DNA of 15,794 nucleotides, from positions 1-15,794 of the forward strand of contig JBFRWN010000105.1 in assembly GCA_051439605.1 (NCBI GenBank). Reading direction: 5' to 3'. Below, piece after piece: positions 1 to 7,316 of this stretch (positions within the stretch are counted from its first letter, which is position 1; every line of letters begins with the position of its first letter). The DNA is from Synechococcus sp. (GTDB lineage Bacteria > Cyanobacteriota > Cyanobacteriia > Thermostichales > PCC-7336). The notes below the pieces were generated by a model. It was not told the origin of the DNA. It was given only the letters and a program-made list of their open reading frames with translations, and made no database searches. A program made the position numbers and the translations under genes.

Positions 1-174
1 GACTCCATCCCTCTACTCCATCGCTCGTTCTTGTTGGAGTCACTTTAACCTAGGGCTGAACACATGGCCTAGAAACCCTGTCCTCTATAGCCTGGAGGAC
101 TTAGCAGGAAAAGTCAGATCTACACAACCCAGTACTCCATAAGAATTCCTGCCAATGTATATAGATATCCCTGC

Positions 175-274
175 GGCGTCCCGAATGGCTCTCTATTCGG
201 GAAGCGCCTTGTCCCTTGGTCGGGGGAGCGGGCGCGATCACCCCCTCGCAACCTCTAACCGCTAGTCAATTAGC
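175..274. ncRNA. Candidate structured non-coding RNA or terminator region (2-3 consecutive stem-loops)
   Basis: GGCG-TCCCGAATGG-ctct-CTATTCGGGA-ag-CGCC at 175-208. GGT/ACC-closed G-run/C-run stem at 218-253. GCTAG-tcaa-TTAGC at 261-274. No known RNA family recognised. Confidence 0.35.
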
Positions 275-301
275 CTACGAAACGATACCCCAGCAACCCC
301 T

Positions 302-1141
302 CTAGGCAGAACAGGCATCGGTCAAAATCAACTGCATACGATCGGCGATCGCATCCGTTTGCTCCAACATGGCCAAGTGACCGCAATCAGACAACTCAAA
401 AACAATTTCTTGCTCTTTGTAGCTGGGATGGAAACTGGCCAAGTAATGAACGTATTTCGGTTCCATCACCGTATCTTTGACCCCCGCAAAAAAATAAGCC
501 GGCTGGGTGAGGCGAGTCACCACCTGCGGCAAACGATGAACCTCCTGTTCGGTAGTGGAATCTAAGAGCGAGTCACGAGCCGCGGCACTATCCGCTGCCA
601 CAAAGTCCCGCAAACGGCGCTTCCCCCAAGCCTTTGCTAACGGGCAAAAGACGTTGTCTCGACAGAAATACCAAGCAAGCCCCGGCAAATGGGGCAACCA
701 TCTGGGGCGCATTTGGACAATTTGTTTGCCCGCCGCCCGAAAGCGCTCGAATTCCTCTTTCAGATAGATGCCTCCACCTGCATTCACGCAAAACACCCCA
801 TCCACGCGATCGGGAGCCAAATCCGCTGCCCACAGCGCAATACTGCCCCCCATCGAATGGCCCACCAACCATACCCGCTCTAGCTGGAGAGTATCGATCA
901 ATTCCAATAAATCTTTGGCATAACTCACGAGGTCGAAGCCAACCCCATCTCCGGGAGAAGAATCCCCAAAGCCGCGCAGGTCATAGGTTAGGCAGTTATA
1001 AGGGGCCAGACGATCGCACAGAGGTTGCCAGTAATGGCGGCTCAGCATCCAGCCATGTACAAACACCAAGGTCGGCTGCTGGGTATCTCGCAGATACAGC
1101 TTGTAGCTATGGCGGGCAGAGCTAAGAACCAATGAGGTCAT
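302..1141 (-). CDS. Alpha/beta fold hydrolase (~279 aa)
   Basis: LVFVHGW oxyanion motif, YDLRGFG, GHSMGG nucleophile elbow, acid in GVKD and His in CGHLAM. Start placed at ATG 1141 (MTSLVL), just ahead of the fold. The ORF is open to 1312, and an alternative ATG at 1219 has GGAG upstream. Confidence 0.9.
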   Translation of the reverse strand: MTSLVLSSARHSYKLYLRDTQQPTLVFVHGWMLSRHYWQPLCDRLAPYNCLTYDLRGFGDSSPGDGVGFDLVSYAKDLLELIDTLQLERVWLVGHSMGGSIALWAADLAPDRVDGVFCVNAGGGIYLKEEFERFRAAGKQIVQMRPRWLPHLPGLAWYFCRDNVFCPLAKAWGKRRLRDFVAADSAAARDSLLDSTTEQEVHRLPQVVTRLTQPAYFFAGVKDTVMEPKYVHYLASFHPSYKEQEIVFELSDCGHLAMLEQTDAIADRMQLILTDACSA

Positions 1142-1408
1142 ACAAACAGCGTTATGCGATCGTAAACGGCTGAAGAAGGATGCTGCCACTTTGGCAGACC
1201 CCTTCCATTTTATCTCCATCTCCTGACTCCCTTGAGGAGAGAAGACCGGCTGACTCGCTCCAGCCCCCTCCTGGTGCAGCATCCTACGTACACCCAGACA
1301 CGTGCATCTCATCTGATGCTTGCCGATACTACAAAGTAGATGAGTTTCAGTTGAGTACGGTCTAGCTTGTCTCTATCGATCGAACAAGGTGTGGTGTAGG
1401 CGAGAGCA

Positions 1409-2731
1409 ATGGAAGCAATTGTGTTTCTGCTGGTGGGATTAGGAATTGGCTTGCTGTGCCACGCTTGGTGGCGCAAGCAATTGCTAGAGAGTACCAAACC
1501 GATGCTGCAGAAACTGGGGGTTGACCGTTATCACCCCGGCAGCTGGCAACTACTGCAGGACACTCTCAACGTAGCGGCGGAGCGCTGGCAAAAGGAGCGG
1601 ATTAAACAGGAGCAACTGGGCGATCTGTTGGAGAATTCCACCCGATTACAACAGGCACTGCCGCTGGGGTTTATTCAGCTCGATCGCTACAATCGGTTGC
1701 TGCAGTGCAACCCCGCAGCCAAAAGCTTGTTCAACATTTCCAGTTGGAAACCAGGCGATAACAAAGTCTTGCTGGAATGGGTGCGGTCTTACGAACTGGA
1801 CTTGCTGGTACAATCCACCCGCCTCAAGGTGGTGCACCCTTTATCCGGCGATCCCACCGATGTAGCCCCCCCAAAACTGGAGGAGCTAGCCACTCCAGAA
1901 ATGCGGGAATGGCTGTTCTATCCCCCAGATGGCATGAGCAAACCCATCCCAATTCGCGGCTGGGGCATCCCCCTTTCGGAGGGACAGGTGGGGATATTGA
2001 TCGAGGATCGGCGGGAGGCCACCGATCTGGCTCAGCAGCGCGATCGCTGGGCGTCGGATGTGGCCCACGAACTAAAAACCCCATTGACATCCATCCGCTT
2101 AGTCGCAGAAACCCTACAGCAGCGAGTGGATCCATCGCTCCGCAAGTGGATCGATCGCCTCCTGAACGAAATTCTCCGTCTCAGCGATCTTGTGCAAGAC
2201 CTGCTAGAGCTGAGTCGCCTCGATCTCAAAACTAGCGGTGCACTGCAGCTCACCAACGTCGATTTGGTGGAAACCATTCATTCCGCCTGGCGCAGTTTAG
2301 AGCCCCTGTCAGAACAAAAGCAGCAACAGCTAGTCTTTTCTGGACCTGCCACTGTGGAGTTTTGCGGCGATCAGTCCCGCATTCACCGTTTATTCCTCAA
2401 CCTGCTAGATAACGCCATCAAGTACGGCCCCGCTGAAAGCAAGATTTCGGCGTCGCTGCAAGTACAGGAGGAACAAGTAGCCATTGAAATTTGTGACGGT
2501 GGCCCAGGTTTCTCCCCAGAGGCGATCGATCGCATTTTCGAGCGGTTTTATCGCACCGATGTCGCCCGTGCCCGCAGTCAGGGAGGCACCGGCCTAGGCT
2601 TGGCGATCGCCAAGCAAATTGTGGAGGCCCACGGGGGAACGATTGCTGCCCGCAACCATCCCAACGGTGGGGGAGCCTGTTTGTTTTTCACCCTTAGCCG
2701 CCGTATGAAGGTACCGACCGGTGCGGGTTAG
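1409..2731 (+). CDS. sphS: Sensor histidine kinase, PhoR/SphS-like (N-terminal TM, PAS-like region, HisKA, HATPase)
   Basis: Hydrophobic N-terminus, H-box DVAHELKTPLTSIRLVAETL, N-box NLLDNAIKY, G1 DGGPG, F-box IFERFYR, G2 GGTGLGLAI. The kinase call is firm; SphS orthology is inferred from H-box style and domain layout. Confidence 0.8.
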   Translation: MEAIVFLLVGLGIGLLCHAWWRKQLLESTKPMLQKLGVDRYHPGSWQLLQDTLNVAAERWQKERIKQEQLGDLLENSTRLQQALPLGFIQLDRYNRLLQCNPAAKSLFNISSWKPGDNKVLLEWVRSYELDLLVQSTRLKVVHPLSGDPTDVAPPKLEELATPEMREWLFYPPDGMSKPIPIRGWGIPLSEGQVGILIEDRREATDLAQQRDRWASDVAHELKTPLTSIRLVAETLQQRVDPSLRKWIDRLLNEILRLSDLVQDLLELSRLDLKTSGALQLTNVDLVETIHSAWRSLEPLSEQKQQQLVFSGPATVEFCGDQSRIHRLFLNLLDNAIKYGPAESKISASLQVQEEQVAIEICDGGPGFSPEAIDRIFERFYRTDVARARSQGGTGLGLAIAKQIVEAHGGTIAARNHPNGGGACLFFTLSRRMKVPTGAG

Positions 2732-2734
2732 GGT

Positions 2735-4531
2735 TTATGTGGTGACTGGCCGACCCTCTTGCACGGTACTGGAATCCGCCTGGGCGATCGCCAGTTGCAC
2801 CCGTTGGGGAGCGGCCCAAAGAACCTTTTGGTGGAGGTAGGTCACCATTCCCGGTTTCGCGGCGGCTCCCTTGAGGCGGTAGATATGTTTCGGTCGCGTG
2901 TAGATGGTGGGAACCTGTTCGCTGAGGCGGGCCCGGCTGAAGTGGGCTGCGAGGTCGGCGGCCATTTGCATATCCTCATCCTCTGCTACAGCACCGGGGG
3001 GGAGGCGCAACAGGACGTGGCTGCCGGGAATTTCCTGGGCGTGGAACCACCAGTCATTACTTTGAGCCAGTTTGAAGGTGAGGATGTCGTTTTGGCGGTT
3101 GTTACGACCCACCAGGATTTCGAATCCGCTGGGGGTCGTAAATCTTTGGGGTTCTGACTCGATGTTAGTGGGGAGGGCAGGGCGATCGGGGTTGGGCAGA
3201 TACTGTTCGGTAATCAGCTCCCGCTCAATTTCCGCCAGCGCCTGCAGATCTGCGGGAGAGCGATACGCCTCCAGCTGCTCCACTGCCTCCAACACCTGCT
3301 CTAGGTATGAAATTTCGGCGGTGACCTCGTTCATCAGGGGGGTGACGGCATCTCGGGCACGCTTTTGCTTTTGGTGTTGTTTGTAATAGCGCTGGGCATT
3401 GGCGATGGCGTTTTTCTCTGGGTCGAGGGCAATCGTCACTAACTCCCCAGTGTCAAAGTCTGGCAGTTGGATGCTGCTCGCGCCCGCTTCCCACTGGTGC
3501 ATGTGGGCCATCAATAGGTCTGCCGCCTGCTTGGGCTCCTCTGCCCGATCGGATTTGACCAGCATATCAGCAAATTGCCCCCGCCGTTGCTCCAACTTTT
3601 TCAGCACAGCTTTGAGTTTCTGCCGCAGCCGATCGCGATCGCGATCGAACTGCTGGTGGTTGATTTGGCGATCGTAATAGGTATCCAGCAGGTGGTTTAG
3701 CTCTTCAGGTTGCGTTGCGTACCCCAGCAAATCGTAGCCGCTCTGCTCAACTCCTCCTTGGCGCCTATCCCCCGTCCACCCAGGCTGAAAGTCCCCTGAC
3801 TGCAGCGTCGACAACCAACGCTGCCATCCCTGAAACAAAGTTTCCCACTGGTCAAGCTCTATCTCATCCGTCATCACCTGTGCTGTCACCCCAGCCGCTT
3901 GCGCAATGGGATTCAACACCGTCCGACTCAATCCCCGATAGGTTCGAAATAGCTGCTTGCCCAAGGGTGCCGGAGCAAAGTCCAAGCGTCCTTTCCAATC
4001 TTCAAATGACTCTTTCAGGCTGGGTATTGCCCCCATGAGCGCAGGGGGGGGCTCGTAAGCTAAGCCGGGCTGCACCGGTCGCACGCTGGATTGGCGATCG
4101 CTGACCCCCCTCCCACAAGACACGATCGTTCCATCGGAGTCCACCAGCACGATGTTGCTGAATTTGCCCATCGTTTCTAAGTAGAGGTGCACCTGGATGT
4201 CATCTTGGGGGCGGGGGGCAAATTGCCAGTCGAACACTCGCTCCCAGGGGTCGAGCTGGACGATATTACTTAGGGCCAGCCCTCGCAAACGCTGAACGGT
4301 ACCGCTGAACTGAAACGGGTCGGGCTGTTTGGGAACGCGTCGCCCGATGTGAAATCTAGCGGCTTGAGGGTGCCAGCAGAGGGTAATCCAACGGCGTCCT
4401 TGCAGGGTGCGTAGGGCGAGGTGCAAGGTATATAGATCGGTTTGCTGGACAATTTCCACCCGTGCGGGTAGGCAGGTGTCCAACAGGTTGCGGTGAACGG
4501 CAATCGCAGTGGTTAGGTCGAACAGTTGCAT
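2735..4531 (-). CDS. rqcH: RqcH/Rqc2 (NFACT, FbpA/PavA family) ribosome quality control protein
   Basis: NFACT-N motifs (WERVF, LETMGKFSNIVL, R..PG..Y.PPP), central coiled coil with NAQRYYK, and NFACT-R domain (GRNNRQND, DWWFHAQEIPGSHV). 598 aa. Confidence 0.92.
   Translation of the reverse strand: MQLFDLTTAIAVHRNLLDTCLPARVEIVQQTDLYTLHLALRTLQGRRWITLCWHPQAARFHIGRRVPKQPDPFQFSGTVQRLRGLALSNIVQLDPWERVFDWQFAPRPQDDIQVHLYLETMGKFSNIVLVDSDGTIVSCGRGVSDRQSSVRPVQPGLAYEPPPALMGAIPSLKESFEDWKGRLDFAPAPLGKQLFRTYRGLSRTVLNPIAQAAGVTAQVMTDEIELDQWETLFQGWQRWLSTLQSGDFQPGWTGDRRQGGVEQSGYDLLGYATQPEELNHLLDTYYDRQINHQQFDRDRDRLRQKLKAVLKKLEQRRGQFADMLVKSDRAEEPKQAADLLMAHMHQWEAGASSIQLPDFDTGELVTIALDPEKNAIANAQRYYKQHQKQKRARDAVTPLMNEVTAEISYLEQVLEAVEQLEAYRSPADLQALAEIERELITEQYLPNPDRPALPTNIESEPQRFTTPSGFEILVGRNNRQNDILTFKLAQSNDWWFHAQEIPGSHVLLRLPPGAVAEDEDMQMAADLAAHFSRARLSEQVPTIYTRPKHIYRLKGAAAKPGMVTYLHQKVLWAAPQRVQLAIAQADSSTVQEGRPVTT
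3630..3647. repeat. (CGATCG)x3 tandem HIP1-core palindrome inside rqcH
   Basis: CGATCGCGATCGCGATCG is a perfect 18-bp palindrome lying in the DRDRDR-coding stretch. Confidence 0.9.
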
Positions 4532-5285
4532 GAAGGGGAAGGAAAGAACTGAGGATTAAGGTGCGATCGATTGCATTGTTGCGAGAAAGCACAAACACTA
4601 GCAAAACAGTGCTGCAGCCCTTGCTGCATTGCCCAACGGCTGTCGAATAGTCCCCTAACGAATTGTAATGGGATGCCCCGTCAGAAAAGGGTACGCGAGC
4701 AACGACTGGGACAGCAAATCTGGATGTATATCATTGGACTGCCACATGCTTAATTGATTTAGCCCTAACAGGAAGGCAACTTATCTGACAGGGAATGAAC
4801 TCAAACAAAGCACCTATCAGCCATAATCTCGCAGGGAGATAATTACCAACTAAACCTCAACGTATACAGACTTTTCATATTAAGGGATACCAGGCAAAAA
4901 CAGATAACTCTTGAAACAAGTGAGTGAGAAAGTCTTTAGACTCTAATTAAAGGCACTGTAGAACGTATAACCAAGATTACACACGAAATGCGATAGGCGT
5001 GGCGAACTAAAATACTATCAAGCGACATGAAAAGGTTAATTTTATCTAACCCCAACATGAATACAACCTACTACTAATTGGGTAAATGAAGGTCCAGATT
5101 TTGGTGATTTTTGACACAATGCAGATTGCGGATCCGAGCTTATGCCAAAAAACCTAACTTATTATTAAGGCTGAGTATTTCGCTCGAAGGTACTACTAGA
5201 ATTCTTTCAATTAACTCAATATCTCAAATAGGCTAGTGTCTAGCTGATGGCCTGATAAATATCTTCCACTACATTCATAACAATC

Positions 5286-7238
5286 ATGCCAAACTTCATC
5301 CAGCGTATATTTTTGAGCTTATCGGGCAGTCATTCTAGAGAACGTGTTGCTGACGCAGTTTGGGGATTTCTAGAGCGACCAGACATTGAGAACGTCTTGG
5401 CCATACTTGATTTTCGCGACTACGAGACGTTTGAGATTGAAGTACCCAGAAAGTATGCTCGATATACCCAAACATTTCGCATTGATGATGCTTTCCTGAA
5501 AAGAGCCTTAAGACCCTATAATGAGATGTCAGCCATTGCGAAATGCATCGAGCAGCTTGAGAAGTATGGAGAAGACAATGGAGTAGCCAAAAAACTTGTA
5601 GATAACTCAAAAAAAGCATACCAGACAGAATTAAGGAATACTTTAAGTAAATATAAGCAGAATGATGAAGTAAGTTTACCTGCTGTTATTGAATCTGAAA
5701 TACAAAGCAAAATAGACATACTAGATGATATAGAAAAAGATATTTCCGATATTGTTAGCTTTATCAGCTCGTTTAAACAAGAAATAATTGTCAGAGGTTG
5801 GTTCCATGACTTTCTTGATGGATTAGCTCGCTTTGAAGTCTGGATCAAATCAGGTGTAACTACAGCAAGCGAGCTAGAACCTTTTCTAATTCGATGGATA
5901 GAAGTTATTGGTGACAGAGAAAAACGACGTATCGGTGGTGCAACATTCTACGAAAGTCTTTTTCAATTTATTGAAGAAGCTGGATATCAAGATGTTCAAG
6001 CTCTTTTTAGAAGATTTGGCTTTGATATATCAAAATCTTTATACCCACAGGCTAGATTTTTACCATTTGCAGACGATAAACCAAAGAGCGATCGTCTAAG
6101 CCATCTACATAAGGCTTTATCTCTCTCAATGGCAGCCGATCTCTGCTACGCAGACTATTCTTACATCAAGGATTGGATTCTGAAATGGAATGAAATGGCT
6201 TTACGAGAAATCATTGACGCGAGGACACCAGAAACTTCTACAGACACTCCTAGAGTAACAATAAACGCAATTGCCGATTATGCAACGGTCGCAGATGCTC
6301 CCAGAGTCACAATGAATGCAATTGTTGATTATGTAAAGACAAAAAGAACCGGATTGGAAATCTTAAAAGGCAACGAGCCATACCAAGATGAAGAATTGAG
6401 CTTAGAGTTTTTTGAAGATAAACCAAGCGAAACTTTTGCTATTGCATTCACCTTAATGTTACCTAAAAGAGTAACAATCGTTGCATTTCGAGGCACCATC
6501 AACCTTCAAAATTGGATAACAAACCTCAATGTCGATCCGACCCAACTCCCCGAAGCAAAACTTTCTAGTAATACAAAGTCTATCACAGTCCACGAGGGTT
6601 TCTTGAAAGCTACTCAAAAAGTACAGAAAGATATAAATGATTATCTAGGCAGGCAACAGCCAAAGGAAGTATATTTTACTGGTCACAGTTTAGGCGGTGC
6701 CTTGGCTGTCTTATCTGCTGTCAACCTATCTATCGCAGAAGAACAGAAAAATAACATCGACGAGCAAAAAGAACGGATCGATGAAGATAATAAAGACTAC
6801 AGAGTTAATATTGCTGGAGTATATACGTTTGGGCAACCTAAAGTAGGCGCTAATTCTTTCCAAGCGTACTATAAAGGTAAATTTGGAAATGAAAAGTTGA
6901 TTCGATTTGTTAATAACAGCGACATCGTTCCTCGTATTCCTAACATAATCTCGTTATTAAACTTGAATTACCTTTTCAGGAGCTGGAGAATTTATAACTA
7001 TCAGTCGAATATCGGCCAAAGATATTATATTAGCTACTTTGGGAATATACTATATCCAAAAGACGGCAAGGCATTTTTGGTATTTATCAGAGATAGATTG
7101 ATTGGGATATTTCGCTTTATTATTGCATTTCCCAAGGTAATCTGGATACTCGATCATTCTATATCCCTATATATCAAATATATCAACAAAAACATCAAAA
7201 GACTTGAGTCAAGAGCATCTAGTAGGGACAAAAATTGA
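5286..7238 (+). CDS. Class-3 lipase domain protein with ~250-aa uncharacterised helical N-terminal domain
   Basis: IVAFRGT, VHEGF, FTGHSLGGALA (Ser468), YTFGQPKVG, NNSDIVPRIP (Asp) and LDHSI (His) give a complete Lipase_3-type triad. The gene is AT-rich. Confidence 0.88.
   Translation: MPNFIQRIFLSLSGSHSRERVADAVWGFLERPDIENVLAILDFRDYETFEIEVPRKYARYTQTFRIDDAFLKRALRPYNEMSAIAKCIEQLEKYGEDNGVAKKLVDNSKKAYQTELRNTLSKYKQNDEVSLPAVIESEIQSKIDILDDIEKDISDIVSFISSFKQEIIVRGWFHDFLDGLARFEVWIKSGVTTASELEPFLIRWIEVIGDREKRRIGGATFYESLFQFIEEAGYQDVQALFRRFGFDISKSLYPQARFLPFADDKPKSDRLSHLHKALSLSMAADLCYADYSYIKDWILKWNEMALREIIDARTPETSTDTPRVTINAIADYATVADAPRVTMNAIVDYVKTKRTGLEILKGNEPYQDEELSLEFFEDKPSETFAIAFTLMLPKRVTIVAFRGTINLQNWITNLNVDPTQLPEAKLSSNTKSITVHEGFLKATQKVQKDINDYLGRQQPKEVYFTGHSLGGALAVLSAVNLSIAEEQKNNIDEQKERIDEDNKDYRVNIAGVYTFGQPKVGANSFQAYYKGKFGNEKLIRFVNNSDIVPRIPNIISLLNLNYLFRSWRIYNYQSNIGQRYYISYFGNILYPKDGKAFLVFIRDRLIGIFRFIIAFPKVIWILDHSISLYIKYINKNIKRLESRASSRDKN
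6241..6342 (+). repeat. Diverged 51-bp (17-codon) tandem duplication within the lipase gene
   Basis: 6241-6291 versus 6292-6342: 36 of the first 45 nt are identical. Peptides DTPRVTINAIADY and DAPRVTMNAIVDY. Confidence 0.9.
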
Positions 7239-7316
7239 TTGAATCCTACAAAGGAATAGAGCCATAGCTAAATTATGAAAACCGCGCCTTCGGACTACTT
7301 TTCCCATCTCGATCGC

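Noticed and set aside
44..51. TTTAACCT resembling a cyanobacterial Pho-box unit
   Set aside because: Only one unit, with no 11-bp-periodic partners, and far from the kinase gene.
171..274. 6S RNA, SRP RNA, tRNA, known riboswitch or group II intron end
   Set aside because: No long rod with a central bubble, SRP GGAA loop motif, cloverleaf, riboswitch consensus or domain V could be recognised.
1142..1312. 57-aa N-terminal extension of the hydrolase in the ORF track
   Set aside because: It lies outside the alpha/beta fold and looks like translated intergenic DNA of a divergent promoter region. ATG 1141 is preferred, though 1219 cannot be excluded.
4571..4753. 60-aa plus-strand ORF upstream of the lipase
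   Set aside because: TTG start, no RBS or motif, and it lies in the rqcH promoter region.
4905..4920. TTGAAAC resembling a CRISPR repeat end
   Set aside because: Single occurrence with no periodic repeats and no cas genes.
6241..6342. Near-identical repeat pair as a DGR template/variable region
   Set aside because: Mismatches are not adenine-specific (many are C/T), the copies are tandem and in frame, and there is no reverse transcriptase.
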